A stretch of DNA of 12,354 nt from Methanotrichaceae archaeon (GTDB taxonomy: Archaea; Halobacteriota; Methanosarcinia; Methanotrichales; Methanotrichaceae). The notes under the pieces are model-generated. The model ran no database searches. It saw nothing but the letters and a program-made list of their open reading frames with translations, and was not told the origin of the DNA. Where the stretch lies: the NCBI GenBank assembly GCA_963803145.1, contig CAWDLW010000040.1, forward strand, positions 1 to 12,354, given 5' to 3'. Shown one piece after another: positions 1 to 6,724 of this stretch (its first letter is position 1; the number at the start of each line of letters is the position of its first letter). The position numbers and the translations under genes are program-made.

Positions 1-264
1 TTCCATCCGCAGTATCCTTCCTAAGACCTTCTTTTAGGCAGGGATCACTTAGCCTATCAGCGCATCCAGGCATGTCTAAATGATCTTGAAGGCAAATAAA
101 GATGCAAATATGATCTGATATTTTTTTGGCCAAAAGATACTCATATCGTAATCGCTCACAATGGCAAAAGTTAACTGAGGATTCTATAATAATGAAACGT
201 AATGAACCTTCATTTCACTGAAAACAATGAATCAAAGACTAGGATTAATTTATTGTAACCTACA

Positions 265-717
265 TCAGCGAACTACCAGGACAGGCAGCTTTGAGTTGTG
301 AACTACTTTTTCCGCTACGCTTCCCATCAGGAACTTTTCCAGACCAGTTTTGCCGATGCTGCCTATTACTATTACATCTATCTTATTATCTCCGGCAATT
401 TTCAATATCTCGTTAGATGGATTCCCCTCGACGATCAGCCTCTTGCTTTTGACGCCGGACGCTTTTGCCTGTTCATCCAATTCAAGCGTAGCCTTTTCTC
501 CGGCTTCCTTAAGGCGGACAGCTACATTATCGATTACATCTGGGCTGATTCCTCCAAAGGGCGGGGTAACACCTGCTGATGATATGTACTTATTTATATC
601 TGCAACATAGACGATAGTGACTTCTCCTCCTGAGAGCTTGGCGAGTTCAATACCAGTCGTTGCTGCTTTTTTGCTATTTTTTGACCCATCGGTTGCGATA
701 AGAATACGCTCAAACAT
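265..717 (-). CDS. Universal stress protein (UspA family), copy 1
   Basis: 150 aa. N-terminal ILIATDGSxxSxxA and C-terminal ATP-binding motif G-2x-G-9x-GS (GSIGKTGLEKFLMGS), followed by VAEKVVHNSKLPVLVV, typical of archaeal USPs. Confidence 0.95.
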   Translation of the reverse strand: MFERILIATDGSKNSKKAATTGIELAKLSGGEVTIVYVADINKYISSAGVTPPFGGISPDVIDNVAVRLKEAGEKATLELDEQAKASGVKSKRLIVEGNPSNEILKIAGDNKIDVIVIGSIGKTGLEKFLMGSVAEKVVHNSKLPVLVVR

Positions 718-741
718 GAATACATCTTTTGTGGTTAAACA

Positions 742-758
742 TGATAATTATTTTGGTT
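742..758 (-). promoter_or_regulatory. Conserved usp promoter element (probable BRE/TATA), copy 1
   Basis: The 17 bp tgataattattttggtt is identical to 6481-6497. It reads AACCAAAATAATTATCA on the minus strand, about 25-41 nt upstream of the start codon. Confidence 0.6.
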
Positions 759-786
759 ATTAAACAGGGGATGGTTATGGTTATCC

Positions 787-1431
787 TCAGTGGGGCATGC
801 GAGGTACCGCCGCGGTTTGACTTAATCCCTTTAGTAACATCGAAATCATTATTGGAATAATCGATTCGTTGTCTAATGTATTCGTAAGCAGGTGGTACCA
901 GTAGAATCCAATTAGCAAATCGATAAATGTATCATAATTGGTTTTTTTGATTTCGCCTCGCGCAATTGCACGATCGAGTAATTGTTCCACGAACTTACGT
1001 TGTTTTGGCATAAATGTGTTCTGCAGTTGGTTGAAAGATTGCACATTAGACTGCGCACTGGCAATTAGGTGCCGAATCGCTTTGCCTCTTGCGGTTTCTC
1101 GCCACAAATCCCAGATTCGAAGTGAAAGTTCAGTTAATTCTTTTTCAAGGGAACCCATATCTGGGATGTTTACTCTACTGGCGACGTCTGAATCATATAG
1201 GTCTATGAATAACGAAGCTCTGTCTGGATACCACCGATATATAGTTTGCTTGCCAACACCCGCGCGTTTAGCGATGGCTTCAATACTGATAGCACTAAGC
1301 GGCTGTTCAGTCAGCAAATCAGCAAGTGCTGTTAGCACTGCTTGGCGGGCCCGTTGACATCTGCGGCGTTCGTCTGGCTGTGAGCGGTGATCCTGAGAGC
1401 CGTTTTCTTTGCTGGGAGTGCGTTGTGCCAT
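787..1431 (-). CDS. TetR/AcrR family transcriptional regulator (bacterial-type)
   Basis: TetR helix-turn-helix signature ISIEAIAKRAGVGKQTIYRWYPDRASL and a helical C-terminal domain (IPDMGSLEKEL, LDRAIARGEI). GAGGT RBS-like sequence about 12 nt upstream of the ATG. Confidence 0.93.
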   Translation of the reverse strand: MAQRTPSKENGSQDHRSQPDERRRCQRARQAVLTALADLLTEQPLSAISIEAIAKRAGVGKQTIYRWYPDRASLFIDLYDSDVASRVNIPDMGSLEKELTELSLRIWDLWRETARGKAIRHLIASAQSNVQSFNQLQNTFMPKQRKFVEQLLDRAIARGEIKKTNYDTFIDLLIGFYWYHLLTNTLDNESIIPIMISMLLKGLSQTAAVPRMPH

Positions 1432-1477
1432 ACGAATAGTTAAACCTCGCTTAATCTACTTAATTCTAAGCCAAGAG

Positions 1478-1496
1478 ACGAGACGTACCGTCTAGT
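1478..1496. promoter_or_regulatory. Putative TetR operator (inverted repeat)
   Basis: ACGAGACG-TAC-CGTCTAGT: 8-bp arms with one mismatch and a perfect AGACG/CGTCT core, in the 124-bp divergent intergenic region directly next to the TATA box. Confidence 0.7.
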
Positions 1497-1505
1497 ATTT
1501 ATATG
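1496..1505. promoter_or_regulatory. Probable bidirectional archaeal TATA box
   Basis: tatttatatg reads TTTATATG on + (towards the radical SAM operon) and TATAAATA on - (towards tetR). It is the best TATA-like element in this spacer. Confidence 0.6.
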
Positions 1506-1555
1506 ATTGGATTAGAGTTCAAGCAACTTGACATGCATCCTAGGAGGGGAGATGC

Positions 1556-2974
1556 TTGGTGGACGAAATTACCACTTCCGTTAGCACAGTTAAAAAATGG
1601 ATAGGTAACCCGCTCTCAATAGGTTCACTCAGGTTCATAGCAAAGGATGATAAATGCGGGAACAGACTGTCACTGGCCATCGATTATTACCTCGGTGAGA
1701 AGGTCGAAGCATGCTGGAAGTGCCGATTGGCCGGTCGGATAGTGAGCCGTATTCTCACCGAGGGCGAGAATTTTTTCGGCGTCCAGGATAACGACGTCAG
1801 AAACGCGCTGAAACAGCCTCCCTTTAAGAAGGGCCTTGTGACCATCCTGCGGAGCATTGCTATGTACGGCGTCACAGTGCCCCAGAAAATCTACGCACCT
1901 ATTCTGGTTGTATGGGACTGCACGCATGCCTGCAACCTGATATGCAAACACTGTTACCTGGATGCGCAGATGAAGCTCCCCGATGAGCTGTCCACAGAGG
2001 AGGCGAAGCGTATGATCGACGACCTGGCAAGTTCTGGCGTAGTCGTGCTGGCTTTCTCGGGCGGTGAGCCGCTTATGAGAAAGGATCTCTTAGAATTAGT
2101 TGAGTATGCACGTGGGACTGGCATGTACCTGGCTCTGGCCACCAATGGCACCTTGATCACCAGGGAAGTAGCTAAAAACCTAAAAGAAGCTGGCATAGAG
2201 TATATTGAGATCTCCCTGGACGGCAAAGACGCGCCCACTCATGATAGATTCAGAGGCGTTCCGGGCATGTTCGATAGATCCGTTGAAGGAATCAAAAATT
2301 GTGTGGCTGAGGGACTGTACACCTGCATCGCTACGACTCCCACTAAGCATAACCTCCAGGATATCCCCAAGATATACGATCTGGCGCGTGACCTGAATGC
2401 ATCCAGGCTAGTTTTGTTCAACTTCATACCGACTGGCAGGGGAGCCGATATGGCTGAAAGCGACATATCGCCAGATGAGCGCAAAGCACTGTTAAAGCAG
2501 ATGTTCGAAAAGAACTATGATGGTACTACCGAAGTGCTATCCACCGCGCCTCAATATGCTAGGGTAGCATTGGGGCTGGAAGGTATATCGGTGGGGCATT
2601 TTCTGACATATAAAAAGGTCGATAACCTCATGTTGACGCTGCTTGAGTTCATTGGCGGATGTGGAGCCGGAAGGCATTATTGTTGCATTAGACCCAATGG
2701 CGATATCGAGCCCTGTGTGTTTATGCGGCTCAAGATAGGAAATGTCCGAGAGAGCAAGCTGCTGGATGTCTGGCATAATTCGCCGGTACTTGATCAGTTA
2801 AGAGACAGGAGCAAGCTACAGGGCCATTGTGCTGTGTGCGATCACAAATATATATGCGGCGGCTGCAGGGCGAGAGCCTTAGCCTACTTTGGTGACCTGA
2901 ATGCTCCAGATCCAGGGTGTATCAATAACAAATCCAGCTGGAAAATGCTCTGCGGATCTGCATGTGAAAAATGA
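1556..2974 (+). CDS. Radical SAM protein with SPASM domain and N-terminal extension; resembles archaeal GMGT synthase (Gms) family (often auto-annotated NirJ/PqqE/Ahb-like)
   Basis: CxxxCxxC motif CNLICKHC, FSGGEPL, ATNGTL. SPASM cysteines CGAG...GDIEPC and CAVCDHKYICGGCRARA...DPGC. The ~110-aa N-terminal extension has GNP, CWKC and IAMYGVTVPQ...P.LVVW. TTG start 6 nt after GGAGGGG (1543-1549). Radical SAM/SPASM is secure; the Gms call rests on recalled family features and the neighbouring tes. Confidence 0.85.
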   Translation: MVDEITTSVSTVKKWIGNPLSIGSLRFIAKDDKCGNRLSLAIDYYLGEKVEACWKCRLAGRIVSRILTEGENFFGVQDNDVRNALKQPPFKKGLVTILRSIAMYGVTVPQKIYAPILVVWDCTHACNLICKHCYLDAQMKLPDELSTEEAKRMIDDLASSGVVVLAFSGGEPLMRKDLLELVEYARGTGMYLALATNGTLITREVAKNLKEAGIEYIEISLDGKDAPTHDRFRGVPGMFDRSVEGIKNCVAEGLYTCIATTPTKHNLQDIPKIYDLARDLNASRLVLFNFIPTGRGADMAESDISPDERKALLKQMFEKNYDGTTEVLSTAPQYARVALGLEGISVGHFLTYKKVDNLMLTLLEFIGGCGAGRHYCCIRPNGDIEPCVFMRLKIGNVRESKLLDVWHNSPVLDQLRDRSKLQGHCAVCDHKYICGGCRARALAYFGDLNAPDPGCINNKSSWKMLCGSACEK

Positions 2975-3002
2975 ATTTAACGCTTACTTACGGAGCTATA
3001 GA

Positions 3003-4460
3003 ATGAGCGACGAATCTGAAAATTGGCAGGGCTATGAGTGGACTGCCCTATCCGTCACCACTGTGGGTGCTCTGTTGGCCTCAATCCAGGGTTCTGCCCT
3101 GATTATTGCCCTGCCTGACATCTTGACCCATTTAGATACCGACTTCATAACCATAATGTGGGTGCTCCTAGGCTACCTGCTCATCACCACTGCTGTTGTG
3201 CCCGTCATAGGAAGGTTGGCAGATATGTTCGGGCGTAAGAACCTTTACAACGCAGGTTTCGCAATCTTCACATTAGGTTCGTTGCTTTGCGGCATGTCTC
3301 AGCCCCAGTTCCATGGCTGGGACCTGGTGGGATATCGCCTTATCCAGGGTCTAGGGGGTGCGCTGCTATTCACCAATAGTGCAGCCATAGTGACTGATGC
3401 ATTTAGACATGGCCGCATCGGCCTAGGCCTTGGCGTGAACCAGATTGCAGCTGCGGCAGGATTCCTGATCGGTCCTGTTGTTGGGGGTCTCTTGACTGCC
3501 ATTTCCTGGCAATGGGTTTTCTTTGTGAATGTTCCCCTGGGCATCGCCGGAACTATTTGGGGATTCTTCAGGCTGCGCGAGCCGGTATCTTTGCCTGCAA
3601 AACAAACCTTTGACTGGCTGGGCAGTCTGACCTTCGTCTTTGGCCTGGGATCGCTTCTTATGGCTGTATCGCTGGTAGCCTTTCCGTTGATTAGCATTTC
3701 ATACGTATACATATTATTCGCTTGTGCTGTTATCGGCCTAGCTGCGTTCTTCATGGTGGAGATGCATGTTGACCAGCCCATGCTTGACCTCAAACTCTTC
3801 ATGGATAGGCTATTTGCTTATGCATCAGCCGCCAGATTTCTTAATAGCCTGGCCAGAGGTGCAGTGCTTTTTGTCTTGATCTTTTTCCTTCAGGGTCCTT
3901 ACGGTCTCGACCCTTTAAGTGCAGGCATCATGATGGCTCCATTCGGAGCTGCTTTCATGCTGGTCGGTCCTGTATCGGGCCATCTCTCGGACAAGTATGG
4001 CTCCAGGGGGCTTGCTACGGCTGGCTTGCTGGTCTCAGCTATCGGGCTGCTCGGCCTGGCAACAGTTGTAGGCACAACGCCTTACTGGCGGATCGCGCTA
4101 TATATGATCTTCATGGGCGGTGGATCAGGTCTCTTCGCTTCTCCCAACACCAACGCCATCATGTCCTCAGTACCTCCAGAAAAAAGAGGTATCGCCTCGG
4201 GAACGAACGTCATGCTCATGAACACAGGAAGCATGCTCAGCATAGCCATAGGCTTCCCTCTAGTGCTCAGTCGTATCCCTGTGGATGTCATGTTCCATGT
4301 ATTTCTTTATGGAGGCGGCATGAGTGGTACTTCTCTGACATATTTCGAGACGGGCATGCATGAGGCATTTCTGGTATCCTTTGCCGTCACGCTCGTAGCT
4401 GCGGTTGTGTCTTTCCTGAGGCCGTCTCGAAAATCTATAGAGTTGCATGGAGGGCTATAA
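3003..4460 (+). CDS. MFS transporter, DHA2 (EmrB/QacA-like, 14-TMS) drug:H+ antiporter family
   Basis: ALPDI in the TM1 region, motif A GRLADMFGRK and its repeat GHLSDKYGSR, R-LIQGLGG, antiporter motif GFLIGPVVGGLL, W.WVFFVNVPLG, P.LDL.LF. Start moved from the track's 2901 to ATG 3003, which follows GGAG at 2992-2995 and removes the overlap with the upstream gene. Confidence 0.93.
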   Translation: MSDESENWQGYEWTALSVTTVGALLASIQGSALIIALPDILTHLDTDFITIMWVLLGYLLITTAVVPVIGRLADMFGRKNLYNAGFAIFTLGSLLCGMSQPQFHGWDLVGYRLIQGLGGALLFTNSAAIVTDAFRHGRIGLGLGVNQIAAAAGFLIGPVVGGLLTAISWQWVFFVNVPLGIAGTIWGFFRLREPVSLPAKQTFDWLGSLTFVFGLGSLLMAVSLVAFPLISISYVYILFACAVIGLAAFFMVEMHVDQPMLDLKLFMDRLFAYASAARFLNSLARGAVLFVLIFFLQGPYGLDPLSAGIMMAPFGAAFMLVGPVSGHLSDKYGSRGLATAGLLVSAIGLLGLATVVGTTPYWRIALYMIFMGGGSGLFASPNTNAIMSSVPPEKRGIASGTNVMLMNTGSMLSIAIGFPLVLSRIPVDVMFHVFLYGGGMSGTSLTYFETGMHEAFLVSFAVTLVAAVVSFLRPSRKSIELHGGL

Positions 4461-4465
4461 CAAGC

Positions 4466-5956
4466 ATGGTGAACAAAAATATAATGCAACCGAATATAAT
4501 GCAACCACTCGTTGTAGATCGGACTGTTTTCTCCCTATGCCCCATCTGCCTGAAGGTCATCAATGCCCGCATATTCCTGGAGGGCGGGGCGGTCATGATC
4601 GATAAGCGATGTGAGGAGCACGGTTATTTCAAAGATGTCTACTGGTCGGACATAACTCTTTATGAAAGGTTTATTGGCTACTGGACTGATGGTTCGGGCA
4701 TCGATGGTTCGTCCCAGACACGCCAAGGCTGTCCATTCGACTGCGGCATATGCGAGAACCATAAAACAGGCACGCTCCTGGCGAACATCGATATTACCAG
4801 CAGATGCAACCTCTCTTGTCCGACCTGCTTCGCCGATGCCGGTGATAGCATAAGTGAGCCAACAATGGATCAGCTCAGAACAATGATGAAGATTGTAAGA
4901 GACCAGAAGCCAGTGCCCTGTTCTGCTATCCAGTTCTCAGGCGGCGAGCCTACAATGAGAAACGACCTGCCAGAGATTTTAGCGTTGGCAAGGCAGCTGG
5001 GCTTCACTCAGATACAAATAGCAACCAACGGTATAAAGCTCGCCACCAGCCCCGATCTCTGCAGGAGCTTAGTTCGAAATGGGCTTACTACGGTTTATCT
5101 GCAGTTCGATGGAGTTACGGCAGAGCCTTATAAGATCTTCCGTGGCAGCGATCTCTTGCCCATGAAGCACCAGGCTATTGAAAACTTGAGAAAGGCAAAA
5201 CAAATGAGCACAGTGCTGGTTCCCACTCTTGCAAAGGGTGTAAATGACAGCCAGATAGGTGATATTGTAAAATTTGCTTTACGCAACTCGGATATAGTGA
5301 AGGGTGTAAACTTCCAGCCGGTTTCCTTTACGGGAAGGATCGATCAGTCAGAAAGAAATGAGAAGAGGATTACTATCCCTGACATTTTTTCCCTTCTGGA
5401 GGATCAGATGGATAATGAGATAACTAGAGATGATTTCTATCCTGTTCCTTTTGTCATTCCTATATCAAGTCTTATAGCAGCTGAGACTGGCCTGCCTCAG
5501 CCATCTATGACAGTCCACCCTTGCTGCGGTGCTGCTACTTACATTTACTATATCCACGGCCATATGATCCCTATTACCAGGTTTGTAGATGTTGAAGGTC
5601 TCATGGAGCGAATCCGGGAGGATGTTTTGGATTACGATGGGTCAAGGCTGGGTAGGATCAGGATGAACGGCATGATCCTGAAGGAGCTGCCCAAGTTCAT
5701 AAATGAGCCAAGAACGGCCAGCAGTCTGAATATCACTGGATTGCTGCTGAGCATCTTCAGGAATGGGACTTGGGAATCACTTGCCGAGTTCCATAACAGC
5801 AGCCTCTTTCTTGGCATAATGCATTTCCAGGATCTATACAATATGGATTTAGAGAGATTGCAGAGGTGCGGAATTCATTATGTCTTACCCGACGGCAGAA
5901 TAATACCATTCTGCTCCTATAACACAGTTCACCGATCATCAATAAGATCAGGTTAG
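4466..5956 (+). CDS. tes: Tetraether lipid synthase Tes / GDGT-MAS (MJ0619-family radical SAM; older annotation hydroxymethylpterin dimethyltransferase)
   Basis: All family metal-binding blocks are present: N-terminal SLCPIC...KRCEEHG, CPFDCGICENH, radical SAM CNLSCPTC, QFSGGEPT, YLQFDG, NFQPVSFTGR, HPCCG, and C-terminal MHFQDLYNMDLERLQRCGIHY...DGRIIPFCSYN. The start may instead be the Met at 4484 or 4499. Confidence 0.85.
   Translation: MVNKNIMQPNIMQPLVVDRTVFSLCPICLKVINARIFLEGGAVMIDKRCEEHGYFKDVYWSDITLYERFIGYWTDGSGIDGSSQTRQGCPFDCGICENHKTGTLLANIDITSRCNLSCPTCFADAGDSISEPTMDQLRTMMKIVRDQKPVPCSAIQFSGGEPTMRNDLPEILALARQLGFTQIQIATNGIKLATSPDLCRSLVRNGLTTVYLQFDGVTAEPYKIFRGSDLLPMKHQAIENLRKAKQMSTVLVPTLAKGVNDSQIGDIVKFALRNSDIVKGVNFQPVSFTGRIDQSERNEKRITIPDIFSLLEDQMDNEITRDDFYPVPFVIPISSLIAAETGLPQPSMTVHPCCGAATYIYYIHGHMIPITRFVDVEGLMERIREDVLDYDGSRLGRIRMNGMILKELPKFINEPRTASSLNITGLLLSIFRNGTWESLAEFHNSSLFLGIMHFQDLYNMDLERLQRCGIHYVLPDGRIIPFCSYNTVHRSSIRSG
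4478..4506 (+). repeat. In-frame tandem duplication (15-bp period) at the 5' end of tes
   Basis: aatataatgcaacc at 4478-4491 and 4493-4506, encoding NIMQP-NIMQP. Confidence 0.9.
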
Positions 5957-5975
5957 CGTGCATTTGATGGTATTT

Positions 5976-5982
5976 AAAAAAA
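5976..5982 (-). terminator. Possible oligo-T terminator for usp copy 2
   Basis: A7 run on + (T7 on -), about 25 nt past the usp stop, in the 48-bp convergent gap with tes. Confidence 0.4.
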
Positions 5983-6004
5983 GATTAACTTAATGAATAG
6001 CAAT

Positions 6005-6457
6005 TTAGCGAACTATCAGGACGGGCAGCTTCGAGTTGTGAACCACCTTTTCAGCAACGCTGCCCATTAGAAACTTTTCGAGCCCAGTCTTGCCGATGCT
6101 TCCCATTACTATTACATCCATGTTATTATCTTCTGCAATCTTCAATATCTCATTGGAAGGATTCCCTTCGATAACCAGCCGTTCGCTTTTAACACCAGAG
6201 GCTTTTGCCAGCTCGTCCACTTCAAGCGTAGCTTTTTCGCCCTCCCCCCTAATTCTTGTAAAAAGATTATCGACTGCACTTGGGCTGGCTCCTCCAAATG
6301 GCGGAAGGAGACCCGCTGAAGATGCATACCTGCCTATATCTGCAACAGAGACAATAACGACTTCTCCGCCTGAGAGCTTGGCAAGCTCGATGCCGGTCTT
6401 TGCTGCCTTTTTGCTATACTCCGACCCATCCGTTGCAATAAGAATGCGCTTAAACAC
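6005..6457 (-). CDS. Universal stress protein (UspA family), copy 2
   Basis: 150 aa with a GTG start. Same motifs as copy 1 (ILIATDGS; GSIGKTGLEKFLMGSVAEKVV) and about 79% identical by manual count. Confidence 0.95.
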   Translation of the reverse strand: MFKRILIATDGSEYSKKAAKTGIELAKLSGGEVVIVSVADIGRYASSAGLLPPFGGASPSAVDNLFTRIRGEGEKATLEVDELAKASGVKSERLVIEGNPSNEILKIAEDNNMDVIVMGSIGKTGLEKFLMGSVAEKVVHNSKLPVLIVR

Positions 6458-6480
6458 GCGCTTATTTTAGCGCTTTAACG

Positions 6481-6497
6481 TGATAATTATTTTGGTT
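6481..6497 (-). promoter_or_regulatory. Conserved usp promoter element (probable BRE/TATA), copy 2
   Basis: Identical 17-mer to 742-758, at nearly the same distance from the start codon. Confidence 0.6.
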
Positions 6498-6724
6498 GTT
6501 GAACTGCGAACGGCTGCAGGTTATCTGCAAATAACATGTAAGGGAGAATGCCAAGACTTTGACTTATTAGATGATCTAGGCGATTTCCGGCATTTGTGGA
6601 CACTGCAATGAAGACTTGTTCTCGGAGAATATGTCCATACAGGTATCCTCAGATCCCTTACCAAGCCTTAAAATAAGTTCAACGTCGTAATGACGAAATA
6701 AATATGAATGGAGGCGTTTTTAAG

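Larger units (their letters stand above)
241..785. repeat. Diverged direct repeat, copy A (usp gene plus flanks), homologous to 5981-6525
   Basis: Manual alignment: the proteins are 118/150 identical. Non-coding similarity continues on both sides (aggattaatt vs aagattaact; identical tgataattattttggtt; shared ggttatc ending at 785 and 6525). Confidence 0.8.
5981..6525. repeat. Diverged direct repeat, copy B (usp gene plus flanks), homologous to 241-785
   Basis: Colinear with copy A at an offset of about 5740 bp, in both coding and flanking non-coding sequence. Confidence 0.8.

Noticed and set aside
1-73. Minus-strand reading frame from ATG at 73 running off the window (MPGCADRLSDPCLKEGLRKDTADG...)
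   Set aside because: Only 24 codons are visible, with no clear RBS or recognisable motif, so it cannot be supported as a gene.
2901-3002. 34-aa N-terminal extension of the MFS ORF in the track
   Set aside because: It overlaps the radical SAM gene by 74 nt and is not MFS-like. ATG 3003 has an RBS and fits the family start.
4466-5956. Annotation as MoaA or methanopterin methyltransferase
   Set aside because: It lacks the MoaA C-terminal GG and twitch pattern. The MJ0619 family has been reassigned experimentally to tetraether synthesis, and the motifs fit that family.
786-5980. Classical mobile element (IS, composite transposon, integrative element)
   Set aside because: No transposase, integrase, terminal inverted repeats, target-site duplication or tRNA attachment site was seen; only the usp repeats flank it.
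350-6470. Two similar antisense ORFs (350-610 and 6090-6470, MPMLPITIT...)
   Set aside because: They are shadows of the duplicated usp genes, and the sense-strand paralogy explains their similarity. Other short antisense or overlapping ORFs in the track were rejected likewise.
6597-6637. Nested short inverted repeats (tggaca...tgtcca; ttctc-g-gagaa) in the usp2-isf divergent spacer
   Set aside because: The stems are only 5-6 bp, and I see no recognisable ncRNA or riboswitch pattern.
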